Below are positions 49,636 to 61,466 of a stretch of 64,000 nucleotides of DNA, piece after piece; the stretch's first letter is position 1; each line of letters starts with the position of its first letter. The position numbers and the translations under genes were made by a program. Origin of the DNA: Candidatus Gottesmanbacteria bacterium (GTDB lineage: Bacteria; Patescibacteriota; Microgenomatia; UBA10105; UBA927); NCBI GenBank assembly GCA_963714095.1, contig OY970230.1, forward strand, positions 388,740-452,739. The letters are read 5' to 3'. Under the pieces are notes generated by a model. That model saw only the letters and a list, made by a program, of their open reading frames with translations, did not search any database and was not told where the DNA came from.

Positions 49636-50610
49636 TTAATTTGCAAAATCCTGGGTAATCATGAGTCCCCACGTATCGGTCGAGATAATACCTATCCCAA
49701 CGCGATGGAAGGCGGGATCAAGAATATTTGCACGGTGACCGGGACTGTTCATGAGACCCTGGTGGGCCGTGGCAAGATCCGGCGCGTAAGCGATATTTTC
49801 CCCGGCAACCGTAAAGGCTATCCCTGCATTTTGGAGCCGGTCCCCCGGCGACTGTCCCTCCGGATTTATGTGGGAAAAATAGCGGCGCTCAAACATATCC
49901 TTGCTGTGAGCGCGGGCAACGGCAGTCATCGCATCATCAACTATCAGCTTTCCGACTCCGACTTTGGCCCGTTCCGCATTCACCAGGTCTAGCATTTTCT
50001 CTTCGTCAGCTGAATCCGTTTTTAACTCACTCTCCGTGGGATAGACGGGAAGGGAAATCCGCTCAGTGGAATCCGGCTCCACCGTAATAAACTTGACTAC
50101 CTGCTGGCCGGCATCACTGATCGTCGAATCAACGGGGCCGCCGTACTTCACGGCTTCGGTTGCCAAAAAATTTCCGATCACGGAATTCTGCACGTCTATC
50201 TTAATCGTGCCACGCAGCGGTAATGCTAAAATAACCAGAAGAAAAAACGTGACGATAACGATGCCGTTAAAAAGCGATACAACCAAACCCAACCATTTAT
50301 TGAGTTTTGAGGATATGACTCTCTTTGGGATGCGGACGAGAATCAGCAGCACCAATTCCGAAAGCAATGCCTGCGCTATAAAGGCAACGATGATGTATCC
50401 CAACACCTCCGTCCAGATTGCGGGTATGCCGAATTTCAGCGAGAGGAAGTCGCCAACCGGCCCATGAAATTTAATGGAAAGCCAGAGGGAAATAAGAAAC
50501 GTCACAAGGCTCAAACCCAAATCCGCGAACCCCGCGCTCCATCCCTGAAGCGCGTAATAGACGACAACAACAATGACAGTCCAGTCAATCCAGTTGAAGT
50601 TGTGAAGCAT
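49636..50610 (-). CDS. CvpA-family membrane domain fused to a C-terminal CAP/SCP (YkwD-like) domain
   Basis: 4-transmembrane CvpA-like N-terminus. C-terminal LDLVNAER...GENIAY...HQGLMNSPGHRANIL...GIGI matches CAP domain motifs. Confidence 0.65.
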   Translation of the reverse strand: MLHNFNWIDWTVIVVVVYYALQGWSAGFADLGLSLVTFLISLWLSIKFHGPVGDFLSLKFGIPAIWTEVLGYIIVAFIAQALLSELVLLILVRIPKRVISSKLNKWLGLVVSLFNGIVIVTFFLLVILALPLRGTIKIDVQNSVIGNFLATEAVKYGGPVDSTISDAGQQVVKFITVEPDSTERISLPVYPTESELKTDSADEEKMLDLVNAERAKVGVGKLIVDDAMTAVARAHSKDMFERRYFSHINPEGQSPGDRLQNAGIAFTVAGENIAYAPDLATAHQGLMNSPGHRANILDPAFHRVGIGIISTDTWGLMITQDFAN

Positions 50611-50636
50611 AAAATATAGTATAGGTATTGTAGCAC

Positions 50637-52181
50637 ATGATCATTCTTCTCTTATTTGCGTTCCTCGCCGGTATTATTACCATTCTCTCCCCATGCATCC
50701 TGCCGGTATTGCCGATTGTGTTAAGCGGAACGCTTACCGGAGGAAAACGCCGGCCGCTGAGCATAGTCATCGGATTTATTTTCAGCTTTACATTTTTTAC
50801 ATTATTTCTCTCAATCATTGTCCGTGCAACGGGACTTCCGGCTGACACGTTGCGGTTTATTGCAATCCTCATTATCGGCGTCTTCGGCGTAAGCTTCCTT
50901 ATTCCGAAATTCCAACTATGGACGGAGAAAATATTTTCAAAAATTGCAATCGCCCCGCGCACGTCAAACGGATTTCTTATAGGGATGAGTCTTGGACTCG
51001 TCTGGGCACCTTGCGTCGGTCCGATTTTAGCTTCTGTCATCGCCCTTGCAGCTTCAGGCACGGTAACAAGTACCACATTTTTTATCACGCTTGCGTATTC
51101 CGTTGGCACCGCGATTCCGATGCTTATTATCCTGTACTCCGGCCGGCGTCTGGTACAAAAAATTCCCAATCCGCTGCGGCTGCAGCAACTATTCGGCGTT
51201 CTTATGATCGGTATTGCCATTGCCATGTATCTTAACCTGGACCGGAAATTCCAAACATATATTCTTACGGTATTCCCAAACTACGGAACGGGGCTCACGA
51301 AAATCGAAACCATTCCGGTTGTCATAAATGCATTACAAAGCATACAAAAGAAACAGGCGGCAATTGGAAACGCGCCCGATTTTACAGGAGGGCAGCAATG
51401 GTTTAATACACCTGCTGGCAAACCATTAACAATGTCTGAACTTCGGGGCAAAGTGATCATGGTCGACTTCTGGACGTATACCTGTATCAACTGCATCCGC
51501 ACGTTGCCGTATACGAAAGCCTGGTGGAATAAATACAAGGATAAAGGATTTGTACTCATCGGCGTCCATACGCCGGAGTTTGAATTTGAAAAAGATGCAA
51601 CAAATGTTGGGATTGCCATTAAAGATTTCGGTATCACCTATCCCGTGGTGCAGGACAATAATTATGCAATTTGGAATGCATACGGCAACCAATATTGGCC
51701 GGCGGATTATCTCATCGATAAAACCGGAAAAATTGTTGATACCCATTTCGGCGAAGGCGACTATGATGTAACGGAAAAGAAGATTCAAACTTTATTGAAA
51801 ATTTCAATGCCAATAAATAATCCTGCGTATACGGTGAACACCAACACGCCGGAAACATATCTGGGAACCAACCGCGGAGATTACTCTCAAATTTCTACAA
51901 CCGGCTCCTGGAATAAATCACCTGAGTATGCCGCGCCTTCCCAGGGAGCGACGCTTACTTTTCCGTTTGACGCAACAGACGTATATCTCGTCATGCGGCC
52001 GAAAATAGAGGGTACACCCGGAAATGTCGGTGTATATCTTGACGGGAAATTAACCACTACCGTGACTGTTGATTCGGACAAACTGTATCAACTTATCCAA
52101 CTTCCGAGTGAAGGTCAACACGTCTTACAATTAAAATTTTTGGATTCCAATCTCGAACTCTACGCGTTTACATTTGGATGA
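50637..52181 (+). CDS. Thiol:disulfide interchange protein. CcdA/DsbD-like transmembrane domain fused to a TlpA/ResA-like thioredoxin domain and an unknown C-terminal beta-rich domain
   Basis: Transmembrane Cys motifs SPCILP and APCVGP. Thioredoxin motif FWTYTCINC. Confidence 0.75.
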   Translation: MIILLLFAFLAGIITILSPCILPVLPIVLSGTLTGGKRRPLSIVIGFIFSFTFFTLFLSIIVRATGLPADTLRFIAILIIGVFGVSFLIPKFQLWTEKIFSKIAIAPRTSNGFLIGMSLGLVWAPCVGPILASVIALAASGTVTSTTFFITLAYSVGTAIPMLIILYSGRRLVQKIPNPLRLQQLFGVLMIGIAIAMYLNLDRKFQTYILTVFPNYGTGLTKIETIPVVINALQSIQKKQAAIGNAPDFTGGQQWFNTPAGKPLTMSELRGKVIMVDFWTYTCINCIRTLPYTKAWWNKYKDKGFVLIGVHTPEFEFEKDATNVGIAIKDFGITYPVVQDNNYAIWNAYGNQYWPADYLIDKTGKIVDTHFGEGDYDVTEKKIQTLLKISMPINNPAYTVNTNTPETYLGTNRGDYSQISTTGSWNKSPEYAAPSQGATLTFPFDATDVYLVMRPKIEGTPGNVGVYLDGKLTTTVTVDSDKLYQLIQLPSEGQHVLQLKFLDSNLELYAFTFG

Positions 52182-52187
52182 GGAGTT

Positions 52188-52661
52188 TTACCACTTAAAA
52201 TGGGCGAAGGCGCGGTTGGCGTCGGCCATACGCTGAATGGTATCACGTTTCTTAATCGCTTCTCCCTGGCCCTTGGACGCTTCCATCAGTTCTACCGCTA
52301 ACTTTTCGGCAAACGTATGGAATTCGCGGTTACTTCGTTTATTGGCAAACTGCACGATCCATCGCATGGCCAGTGCCATCCTACGGTCTCCTCGAACTTC
52401 AGTTGGTACCTGATAGGATGCACCACCAACGCGGCGGGCCTTGACTTCCATCTTGGGACCTACCGTATTCATAGCAAGCTCAAATACCTTAATCGGATCC
52501 TCGCCTTTTTCTTTGATAATATCGAGTGCTTTATAGACTTCCGTCTGCGCTGCGTGTTTTTTGCCGCTGCGCATCACCCGGTTAATAAATCGGGTCAGCA
52601 ATCTGTTCCCGTAGACGGGATCAGCTTCAGGAATAATTCTTACAACTCTTCCGCTTCTCAT
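52188..52661 (-). CDS. rpsG: 30S ribosomal protein S7
   Basis: Typical S7 sequence. Confidence 0.95.
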   Translation of the reverse strand: MRSGRVVRIIPEADPVYGNRLLTRFINRVMRSGKKHAAQTEVYKALDIIKEKGEDPIKVFELAMNTVGPKMEVKARRVGGASYQVPTEVRGDRRMALAMRWIVQFANKRSNREFHTFAEKLAVELMEASKGQGEAIKKRDTIQRMADANRAFAHFKW

Positions 52662-52670
52662 AATTATTTT

Positions 52671-53108
52671 TTAACTCGCGGCTGCCGTTGACGGCCCAGG
52701 TCCGCCCGATTTGGCGCCGTACCGTGACCGTCCTTTTTTACGATTTACAACACCGCTGGAATCATATTTTCCGCGCACAATGTGATATTTTACACCGGGC
52801 AGATCGGGCACTCTCCCCCCACGGACCAACACAATTGCATGTTCTGTTAATTCATGTCCGATACCCGGAATATACGCGGTGACTTCCTGCTTATTTGACA
52901 ATCTCACGCGGGCAACTTTCCGCAGTGCCGAGTTCGGCTTTTTCGGCGTCATGGTTTTCACAAGAGTAACCACTCCCCGCTTAAACGGCGCCGGCACCTG
53001 ACTCGTAATCCGGTCTTTTGCATTAAAAAACTTACGGAGTGCCGTCGCTTTGATTTTTTTCGACTTATGGTGACGCCCGTATTTAACTAATTGGTTTATT
53101 GTTGGCAT
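52671..53108 (-). CDS. rpsL: 30S ribosomal protein S12 (extended C-terminus)
   Basis: MPTINQLV...[11 protein letters not shown]...[13 protein letters not shown]. Confidence 0.95.
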   Translation of the reverse strand: MPTINQLVKYGRHHKSKKIKATALRKFFNAKDRITSQVPAPFKRGVVTLVKTMTPKKPNSALRKVARVRLSNKQEVTAYIPGIGHELTEHAIVLVRGGRVPDLPGVKYHIVRGKYDSSGVVNRKKGRSRYGAKSGGPGPSTAAAS

Positions 53109-53109
53109 A

Positions 53110-56100
53110 TTAAACAGTTTTCATCTGTGCCCGATCGGCAGATACGGGTATGAGACGTCCGATTATAACGTTTTCTTTAAGCCCAAGCAATTTGTCCTCT
53201 TTTGCTGCAAGCGCGGCATCGGTGAGGACATTCGTCGTCTCCTGGAATGATGCGGCAGAGAGCCATGATTCAGTAAACAAACTGGCCCGTGTTATTCCCA
53301 GCACCACAATCTGCGCTGTCGCCGGTTCTCCGCCTGCGGCCAGCACCCGCGCATTCTCTTCCTGAAAACGCATGCGGTCAACCAGTTCCCCAGGAAGTAA
53401 CATTGTATCGCCCGATGTATCGACGCGGACTTTATCGCTCATTTTTCGCACAATTACTTCAAAATGTTTATCATGAATCATAATTCCCTGGGACTCATAC
53501 ACACGCTGAATCTCCGTGATCAAATATTTCTGCGCGCCGCGAAGTCCGCGAACGGAGAGTACCTCTTTGAGGTCGAGGTATCCGCTTGCCAGTTGATCCC
53601 CGGCGGCAACTAAATCGCCTTCTTTTACTTTCAATTCGCTGGTTAACGGAATCACATATTCACGCTCTTCCGGCGGCTTAATCGTAGTATTCCTTACCCG
53701 GACTTTGTATCCATCTTCACTTTCCACGACTTCAACCTTTCCGGCAATTTCGGAAATCGGTGACAGGATTCGCGGCATACGGGATTCAAACAATTCCTCC
53801 ACACGGGGTAAGCCCTGGGTCACATCCAAACCGACGATACCTCCGGCGTGCCGCACGCGCATAGTCAGCTGCGTACCCGGCTCACCGATGGACTGGGCCG
53901 CAATAACGCCGACGGGAGTACCCAATTCCACCTGCGCATCTGTTGAAAAATCGCGGCCGTAACATTTTGCACACATACCGAACGGCGCCTGACAGGAAAT
54001 TGCGCTCCGCAGTAGAACCGATTCCACATTGTGCTCATCCAGTAACTTTGCATTTTCCTCTGTAATTTCTTCCCCTTTTGCAATTAGTACTTTTTTACTA
54101 TTCGGAGCGACAATATCCGCCGCAGCATATCTGCCAAGCGTACGGATGGCAAACGATGCCTGACGGTCTTCGCGGCGCGCGACTTCCCAACCCTCACTCG
54201 TTCCACAATCATCCATGCGGACGATCATGTCATGGGATACATCAACAAGCCGTCGGGTCAAATATCCGGCGTCAGCGGTCTTCAGAGCTGAATCGGTAAG
54301 GCCTTTGCGTGAACCACGAGTGCTTGTCACGTATTCAAAAATGGAAAGTCCTTCACGATAGTTACTCTTGGTCGGAAGTTCTACAATTTTCCCTAAGGGG
54401 TCCACAACTAATCCTTTGATGGCGGACAGTTGCTTGAGTTGATCCTTGGATGCACGGGCACTCCCTGAATCAATAATCATCTTCACGGGGTTATTTGCAG
54501 GCATAGCCGCCCATGTCATATCAGCAAGCTTTTCTGTGACTTCAATCCAGATTTCGTTGCTCAGCCGCCGCTTTTCTTCAAGTGTTATAAGCCCTTGTTG
54601 ATAGTTACCATCAATCTCTGCGACCTTCTTTTCTGACTGTGCAATAATCGTAGCCTTTTCAGGAATCATGATGCAGTCAAAAACAGAGACTGACAGTCCG
54701 CCACAAATAGTTGCTCCCATAAAGCCAATATTTTTAATGGCATCAATAAGGGTAACTACTTCTTCTTTGGTATAGAGTTTAAGTGCTTTCGTAATAATTG
54801 TCTTAATCGTTGCTGACTTTACCGGTGCGTTCATATAGCGAAGACCAGCGGGAAGTATTTCATTAAAGAGCACCTTGCCTACTGTAGTAACTATGACTTC
54901 ACCGTTAATGCGGACCTTGATGGGGGCGCGGAGTGTAATCTTGTCGGTCTGATTTGCAAATATCGCTTCTGCTTCTGAGCCGAAAATCGGAATTTTTGTC
55001 TCATCAGACACTGCTGACTGGTCAATGGTCGTCAGGTAATAACACCCTAATACCATTTCTTTATTCGGTACTGTGATCGGGGAGCCATCAGCGGGCTTCA
55101 GAAGATTATGCGTCGGTAACATCAAATGGATCGCTTCGTGCTGTGCTTCGCCGGAAAGCGGGATATGAACGGCCATCTGGTCACCGTCAAAATCAGCGTT
55201 ATAGCCGGCGCACACACACGGGTGAATCCGGATGGCGGACCCTTCAATAAGGATGGGATAAAACGCCTGAATACCAAGTTTATGCAATGTTGGCGCACGG
55301 TTAAGAAGAACCGGATGGTTCTTGGTAATTTCCTCAAGAATATCGAATACTTCGGGGGTTCTGCGCTCTAAGACATTCTTTGCATTTTTGACGTTTGGCG
55401 CAATTCCGCGGACGATAAGTTCCCGCAGTACAAACGGTTTGAACATTTCAAGTGCCATTTCCTTCGGAATACCGCACTGGGTCAAATTAAGTTCCGGTCC
55501 CACGATAATGACGGATCTGCCGGAATAATCCACGCGTTTCCCCAAAAGATTCTGTCGGAACCGTCCCTGTTTCCCGCGGAGCATATCGGATAGCGACCGC
55601 AAGGGGGCAATGACCGCTCTGGAACTGGGGCGCTGCGTGACGTCGATAAGCGAGTCAACTGCTTCCTGAAGCATGCGTTTTTCGTTCCGCAGGATAATTT
55701 CCGGCGCGCCCAAATCCATAAGATGCTTGAGTCTGTTATTGCGGTTGATGACGCGGCGGTATAAATCGTTCAGGTCGCTTGTAGCAAACCGTCCACCGGT
55801 CAATTGAACCATCGGCCGCAAATCCGGAGGAATAACGGGAAGGGTATTCAAAATCATCCAGGTTGGATTAACAGAAGCTTTGCGCATGCCGTCTACCAGC
55901 CTCAAACGTTTCGTTGCTTTAATATGTCGCTGTCCGCTCGTATTCTGAATTTCTTCACGCAGATCCGCTGCAAGTTTATCCAAATCGGTTTTCTTCACGA
56001 CTTCCAGAATAGCCTCCGCTCCCATGCCCACGTCGAAACACGACGTGGCATCGTATTCGAACAGGCGGAGGTATTCATCTTCCGTAAGGGTGTTGAGAGG

Positions 56101-56832
56101 CCGGATGGATTTAACGATTGAAATTACCTGATCGATAATCGTTTTAATCTTGTCTTTTTCTTCCGTACCCTGATCTTCCAATTTGGATGTTTCCTGCCTC
56201 TCTTTCAGTGTCAATTCTGAAACCGCCATGTCGCGGGCTTCCGATCCTGTCACCCGTTCTTTCGTCGCCTCTTTTTCCTGTACGTATTTTTTATGAATAA
56301 CGTCCGCCTCTTCACGGATGCGTTTTTCGGTTACCTCCATGCGCTCTTTTCCGAGATTATTGAGACGCGCAAGAACATCTTTGCGTTTTTCCTCGTCTAC
56401 TTTGGTAACCAAATACTGGGCAAAATAAATAACTTCCTCAAGCGCACGGGGACTGATATCCAAAAGGAGAGAAAGTTTGCTCGGCGCGCCTTTGAAATAC
56501 CATACGTGAGCAACCGGCGCGACAAGCGCAATGTGACCCATCCGCTCACGGCGGACTTTACTCTGCGTCACTTCGACACCGCACTTATCGCAGATAATGC
56601 CGCGGTACCGGATCCGCTTATATTTGCCGCAGTAACATTCCCAATCTTTGGTAGGACCGAAAATCCGTTCATCAAATAATCCGTCTTTTTCGGGCTTCAG
56701 CGTCCGGTAATTAATCGTTTCAGGTTTGGTGACTTCGCCGTAGGACCATGCTTTAATTTCCTCAGGAGAGGCAATGGTAATTTTAAGTCCTGCAAAATCT
56801 ACGATATTGGCAAATGTTGCTTTTTTATCCAT
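53110..56832 (-). CDS. rpoC: DNA-directed RNA polymerase subunit beta'
   Basis: NADFDGDQM catalytic motif and zinc-binding Cys at the N-terminus. 1240 aa. Confidence 0.97.
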   Translation of the reverse strand: MDKKATFANIVDFAGLKITIASPEEIKAWSYGEVTKPETINYRTLKPEKDGLFDERIFGPTKDWECYCGKYKRIRYRGIICDKCGVEVTQSKVRRERMGHIALVAPVAHVWYFKGAPSKLSLLLDISPRALEEVIYFAQYLVTKVDEEKRKDVLARLNNLGKERMEVTEKRIREEADVIHKKYVQEKEATKERVTGSEARDMAVSELTLKERQETSKLEDQGTEEKDKIKTIIDQVISIVKSIRPLNTLTEDEYLRLFEYDATSCFDVGMGAEAILEVVKKTDLDKLAADLREEIQNTSGQRHIKATKRLRLVDGMRKASVNPTWMILNTLPVIPPDLRPMVQLTGGRFATSDLNDLYRRVINRNNRLKHLMDLGAPEIILRNEKRMLQEAVDSLIDVTQRPSSRAVIAPLRSLSDMLRGKQGRFRQNLLGKRVDYSGRSVIIVGPELNLTQCGIPKEMALEMFKPFVLRELIVRGIAPNVKNAKNVLERRTPEVFDILEEITKNHPVLLNRAPTLHKLGIQAFYPILIEGSAIRIHPCVCAGYNADFDGDQMAVHIPLSGEAQHEAIHLMLPTHNLLKPADGSPITVPNKEMVLGCYYLTTIDQSAVSDETKIPIFGSEAEAIFANQTDKITLRAPIKVRINGEVIVTTVGKVLFNEILPAGLRYMNAPVKSATIKTIITKALKLYTKEEVVTLIDAIKNIGFMGATICGGLSVSVFDCIMIPEKATIIAQSEKKVAEIDGNYQQGLITLEEKRRLSNEIWIEVTEKLADMTWAAMPANNPVKMIIDSGSARASKDQLKQLSAIKGLVVDPLGKIVELPTKSNYREGLSIFEYVTSTRGSRKGLTDSALKTADAGYLTRRLVDVSHDMIVRMDDCGTSEGWEVARREDRQASFAIRTLGRYAAADIVAPNSKKVLIAKGEEITEENAKLLDEHNVESVLLRSAISCQAPFGMCAKCYGRDFSTDAQVELGTPVGVIAAQSIGEPGTQLTMRVRHAGGIVGLDVTQGLPRVEELFESRMPRILSPISEIAGKVEVVESEDGYKVRVRNTTIKPPEEREYVIPLTSELKVKEGDLVAAGDQLASGYLDLKEVLSVRGLRGAQKYLITEIQRVYESQGIMIHDKHFEVIVRKMSDKVRVDTSGDTMLLPGELVDRMRFQEENARVLAAGGEPATAQIVVLGITRASLFTESWLSAASFQETTNVLTDAALAAKEDKLLGLKENVIIGRLIPVSADRAQMKTV

Positions 56833-56846
56833 ATATGATGAAACGC

Positions 56847-59800
56847 TTACGCTTCTTCCCCTTCTTTAACTTCTTTTGCCGGCTCAGGAGTTACCGGTTT
56901 AACTTCCGGAACTAATTCTTCTCCGCTGGCTTTCGCGATCTCGACCGCTTCTTTTTTTACTACATCATCTGTTACTGTCGTGGTTGTTGGCGCTGCTGCG
57001 ACCGGTGTTGGTCTCACGGTTACAACCCCTGTCGGGTTAACGTTCAGGCCCAACGCCTGCAGCTCTTTCACCAATACTTTGAATGATTCGGGAATTGTGG
57101 ATTCCGGTATATCCGTGCCTTTGACGATGGCCTCAAACGCCTTTGCACGGCCGACCACGTCATCGGATTTGATCGTGAGCATTTCCTGCAAAATGTGTGC
57201 TGCACGGTGAGACTCCAGTGCCCAGACTTCCATTTCTCCCAACCGTTGTCCGCCCATCTGCGCTTTACCGCCAAGGGGCTGTTGGGTGACGAGAGAATAC
57301 GGACCGGTACTGCGTGCATGCGTCTTGTCTTCAACCATATGGATAAGTTTCATGATATAGCCCACGCCAACTACAATCGGTTCGCCAAATGCCTGACCTG
57401 TTCGTCCGTCAAAAAGAATGCTTTTTCCGGAAACCGGGACTCCTGCTTCTTTTAGTTTTTCGATAATTTTGTCTTCGCCGATGTGTTCAAATACCGGAAG
57501 GGCAACTTTGATATTCAATTTTTTAGCTGCAAGTCCCAGATGAGCCTCAAGAAGCTGACCCAAATTCATACGAGAAAGAACGGATAATGTGGAAATGATG
57601 ACATCCACGACCGTTCCGTCAGATAAATACGGCATATCCGACTGCGGGACAACTTTGGAAATGACACCTTTGTTTCCGTGACGTCCTGCAAGTTTGTCTC
57701 CGACGACGACTTTACGCATCTGGGCAACCTCAACGATAATTTTTCTGTTGGTTCCAGGCTCCAGTTCATCGCCCTTTTCTTTATCCAGAATTTTGACTTC
57801 AATAACCGTGCCGCGTTCGCCGTGCGGAACTCGAAGGGAGGTATCACGGACTTCACGGGCCTTTTCACCGAAAATTGCACGAAGCAGCCGTTCCTCAGCG
57901 GTAAGTTCCGTCTCACCTTTGGGAGCAATTTTGCCGACGAGAATATCATTGGGTCCAACCTCGGCTCCCACAACGACAATTCCGTTTTCATCGAGATTCC
58001 GCAGTGCTTCTTCTCCGACATTGGGAATATCGCGGGTCGTTTCCTCCGGACCTAATTTCGTATCAACAACACTCGCGTCATATTCTTCGATATGAACCGA
58101 CGTCAGAACGTCGTCCCGAACCAAACGGTCGGAAATGACGATAGCATCCTCATATCCCAAACCGTCAAAACTCATATAGGCAATTGTCACATTGGCACCA
58201 AGCGCCAGTTCTCCATCTTCACTTGCGGGTCCTTCAATAAGAACCTGCCCTTTTTTCACTTTTTCACCCGACTGTACCATAACCCGTTGGTTATAACAGG
58301 TAGACTGCGCGGAGCGCGTAAATTTTTGAATCGTATACGTGGTCGTCTCCCCGTCTTTCGTTTCGAATACTACGGAAGATCCGTCTGCAAACGTGACCGT
58401 GCCGTCGTCTTTTGCCCTCACAACCCGTCCCATGGTTGAGGAAATAGCACCTTCCATACCGGTTCCTACAATAGGTGTTTGCGGAATAACCAACGGAACT
58501 GCCTGACACTGCATATGAGTGCCCATGAGCGCCCGGTTAGCCTCATCGTGTGCCAAAAACGGAATCAAGGATGCCGGTGCCCCAACAACCTGCCGAGGGA
58601 CAACATCGATATATTCAACAACCACGGCATCCGCTTCCAAAAATTCACCTTTGTACCGTACAGGAATACGGTCAGAAACGATAAACCCGTCTTCCGTAAC
58701 CGCGATACCCGCGTGCGTGATGTAATGATATTGCTCATCACTGGCATCCAAATACACGGTCTCATTGGTCACGCGCATACGCACCTTGTCTCCATGAGTG
58801 ACCTTTTCAATTTTAAGATAGGGTGTTTCCAAAAATCCATATTCGTTTGCGCGGGCATACAATGACATATACGTTACCAAGCCGATGTTCGGTCCTTCCG
58901 GGCTGCGTACAGGACAAATGCGGCCGTATTGTGATGCGTTAATGTCGCGGATAGAAAATGATGCGCGCTCCCTAGAAATTCCCCCTACACCCATGACAGT
59001 AAGGCGGCGAAGGTTATCCACTTCCGCTAACGGATTGGTTTGATCCAGAATAGTAGATAGTTGGCTGGTACGGAAAAAATCATTAATGGATGCAATAATC
59101 GGACGGGCATTGACCAGCTGCATCGGGGTCAAGTCTTCGGCTGCCGGGCCTGCCAGGCTCATTTTTTCACGGACAGAACGTTCTAAGCGCAACAGTCCCA
59201 CCCGGAATGCATTGGTCGCAACCAATTCCCCCACGCGCCGGACCCTGCGGTTACCCAAATGGTCAATATCATCCACATCTCCTTTGCCGTTCGTGAGATT
59301 CACAAGATACCGAATCGCACCAATAATATCTTCGCGCGTTAGTACCCAGTGATCTTTATCATTTACTACATCGATTTTTAATTTTTTATTCATCTTATAG
59401 CGTCCTACCCGCTCCAATGAATACCGGCGGTAATCAAAAAACATCGTACGCAGGAGTTCCTGCGCATTATCCAAAACAATCGGTTCGCCGGGTCGGAGTT
59501 TCCGGTACAGTTCCAATACCGCTTCCGTCTGGCTCTTGGTCGGATCTTTGGCGATAGTCGCTTCCATATATTTATGCTCGGGGTTAGCGTCCACATCTTT
59601 AAATGTGTTCATGATTTCTTCATTCGTCGCCATTCCGATGGCGCGAAGAAACGTCGTTGCAACAAACTTACGACGGCGGTCAATACGCACCATAATGACG
59701 TCATTTCGTGTCACGATAAACTCGAGCCAGCTGCCGTGCATCGGGCGGATTTCCGCGCTGTAAAGGGTTTTTCCGGTTCCAGCGTCGACGGTACCGGTGA

Positions 59801-60221
59801 AATATATGCCCGGGCTGCGGACAAGCTGGTTGACGACACAACGCTCAATTCCGTTAATAATAAAGGTGCCATTCTCCGTCATGGCGGGAATATCACCCAA
59901 AAACACTTCCTGCATCACGCGGTGTCCCGTTTGTTTATTGATGAGCGTGGCCATGACTTTCAGGGGCATGTCGAACGTCAACCCTTTTTCAAGCGCTACC
60001 GGGGGTGTGAGTCTCGGCCGGCCGAAAAAGTAATCGCCGAACGACAATTCCCAGTTTTTACCGGTAAAATCACTGATTGGAGAAACTTCAGAGAGGAGAT
60101 CTTTAATGCCTGTTTCCAAAAACCACTGGTACGATTCCCGTTGTACCAAGGTTAAATCCAGTTGGGGAAGGTTGGTGTGCTCCGTATCCCACAATCGTTT
60201 GCCAGTTGTATCTTTTGCCAT
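56847..60221 (-). CDS. rpoB: DNA-directed RNA polymerase subunit beta
   Basis: Typical RpoB sequence. Start set at MAKDTTG. Confidence 0.97.
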   Translation of the reverse strand: MAKDTTGKRLWDTEHTNLPQLDLTLVQRESYQWFLETGIKDLLSEVSPISDFTGKNWELSFGDYFFGRPRLTPPVALEKGLTFDMPLKVMATLINKQTGHRVMQEVFLGDIPAMTENGTFIINGIERCVVNQLVRSPGIYFTGTVDAGTGKTLYSAEIRPMHGSWLEFIVTRNDVIMVRIDRRRKFVATTFLRAIGMATNEEIMNTFKDVDANPEHKYMEATIAKDPTKSQTEAVLELYRKLRPGEPIVLDNAQELLRTMFFDYRRYSLERVGRYKMNKKLKIDVVNDKDHWVLTREDIIGAIRYLVNLTNGKGDVDDIDHLGNRRVRRVGELVATNAFRVGLLRLERSVREKMSLAGPAAEDLTPMQLVNARPIIASINDFFRTSQLSTILDQTNPLAEVDNLRRLTVMGVGGISRERASFSIRDINASQYGRICPVRSPEGPNIGLVTYMSLYARANEYGFLETPYLKIEKVTHGDKVRMRVTNETVYLDASDEQYHYITHAGIAVTEDGFIVSDRIPVRYKGEFLEADAVVVEYIDVVPRQVVGAPASLIPFLAHDEANRALMGTHMQCQAVPLVIPQTPIVGTGMEGAISSTMGRVVRAKDDGTVTFADGSSVVFETKDGETTTYTIQKFTRSAQSTCYNQRVMVQSGEKVKKGQVLIEGPASEDGELALGANVTIAYMSFDGLGYEDAIVISDRLVRDDVLTSVHIEEYDASVVDTKLGPEETTRDIPNVGEEALRNLDENGIVVVGAEVGPNDILVGKIAPKGETELTAEERLLRAIFGEKAREVRDTSLRVPHGERGTVIEVKILDKEKGDELEPGTNRKIIVEVAQMRKVVVGDKLAGRHGNKGVISKVVPQSDMPYLSDGTVVDVIISTLSVLSRMNLGQLLEAHLGLAAKKLNIKVALPVFEHIGEDKIIEKLKEAGVPVSGKSILFDGRTGQAFGEPIVVGVGYIMKLIHMVEDKTHARSTGPYSLVTQQPLGGKAQMGGQRLGEMEVWALESHRAAHILQEMLTIKSDDVVGRAKAFEAIVKGTDIPESTIPESFKVLVKELQALGLNVNPTGVVTVRPTPVAAAPTTTTVTDDVVKKEAVEIAKASGEELVPEVKPVTPEPAKEVKEGEEA

Positions 60222-60370
60222 TTGTATAAATAAATGCGAAATCGGTACTCTAGTGAACGACGAAAAGAAGCGAACAATGAACGTTCGCCTCGTAAAGGCT
60301 ATTCGACTAAAGAGTATTATAGCGCGTTTCCGCAACCTGTCAAGCTAGGAAAATTTTGGGTACCAATTGA

Positions 60371-60901
60371 TTATTCCTGAGGAAATTTCTCGCCGCCGTA
60401 ACTAGAAGGATCACTGCTAAATTTCCAGTATTGCGTGCCTTCAAATAACATACTTGGATATGAATCATTTTTTAATGTACCAAAAAATAGATAATAGCGA
60501 GTCCTAACCCATGGTTGTTTAAGAATATTATTTTTCCGACCAACCTCTTTTGTGAATCCATTCTGATCACATTTGTTTGAGATTACTATTTCAGACGTCG
60601 TTGTCAGTGTTAAATTATCATCTTTGATTTCCCAAGTTCCTAACTCCTCTTTTTCTTCAATTTGGCAACTCATTTGATTAGGATAAAAATGAAATTTACC
60701 ATCTGAGTAAAAGTTATACCTGTCAGCCCATCCTGAAGCCATACCTCCGCTTGCTTGCCAAATACCAACTAACGTAGCTTTATCAGCTTTTGAAAAAATT
60801 CCAGATATACTCGCATTACGGACTCCAATACAATATCCCAATAGTCCTCCGAGAACAAATAATGCAATAGATAATAAATATTTATTTGTGTTTTTCTTCA
60901 T
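60371..60901 (-). CDS. Hypothetical membrane-anchored secreted protein (AT-rich gene)
   Basis: N-terminal transmembrane/signal anchor. No recognised domain. Confidence 0.45.
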   Translation of the reverse strand: MKKNTNKYLLSIALFVLGGLLGYCIGVRNASISGIFSKADKATLVGIWQASGGMASGWADRYNFYSDGKFHFYPNQMSCQIEEKEELGTWEIKDDNLTLTTTSEIVISNKCDQNGFTKEVGRKNNILKQPWVRTRYYLFFGTLKNDSYPSMLFEGTQYWKFSSDPSSYGGEKFPQE

Positions 60902-60905
60902 TTTG

Positions 60906-61427
60906 TTAATTCGTTGGAAAAAGAATCTTCCCTGTTGTTCTCATTATCAGTTTATTTCCATCAGAACAAGAATTCAAGATCTCCTCACCAAATATTCCTG
61001 GTGGAAAATTAACAAGTTCACTACAACCCGGTATTCCTCCACCTCCAGTCCAAAAATCTGTCCAGCTGCCATTTATTTTGACTGCAGCAAACTGAAAACC
61101 CGTCTGGCTATTGCCAAAACCACCGTATGCATAATTTTTGTTAATGACTTGGATGACAGCATAGTTTTTAGTTTTGTCACATTTATTCTCATTAAAATAC
61201 TCAACACAAGCATCTACTTTGTTCTTTAAATAATTTTCTAATGAAACGTCTTTGAGTTCTGCTGGAAATGGTGTTGGAGTCAGAGTCGAAGTGGATACTA
61301 CGGGTTTCACTGAAGATATAATGTTTGTTGAATAATTTCTGTATGCACGATACCCAACAGCTCCCAAAATAATAATTACTAAAACTAAGATTGGTGAAAA
61401 ACTAGTTTTTTTTGTTTTCTGTTTCAT
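60906..61427 (-). CDS. Hypothetical membrane-anchored secreted protein (AT-rich gene, 4 Cys)
   Basis: N-terminal transmembrane/signal anchor. No recognised domain. Confidence 0.45.
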   Translation of the reverse strand: MKQKTKKTSFSPILVLVIIILGAVGYRAYRNYSTNIISSVKPVVSTSTLTPTPFPAELKDVSLENYLKNKVDACVEYFNENKCDKTKNYAVIQVINKNYAYGGFGNSQTGFQFAAVKINGSWTDFWTGGGGIPGCSELVNFPPGIFGEEILNSCSDGNKLIMRTTGKILFPTN

Positions 61428-61466
61428 TATATTAATAATGGCTGGGGATCAATTGAAAGTCAATTA

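Noticed and set aside
53150-60155. Numerous 60-190 aa ORFs antisense or in alternate frames inside rpoB, rpoC, fusA, tuf and the ribosomal genes
   Set aside because: They are fully nested within highly conserved genes, have no start-site signals, and are typical reading-frame artefacts.
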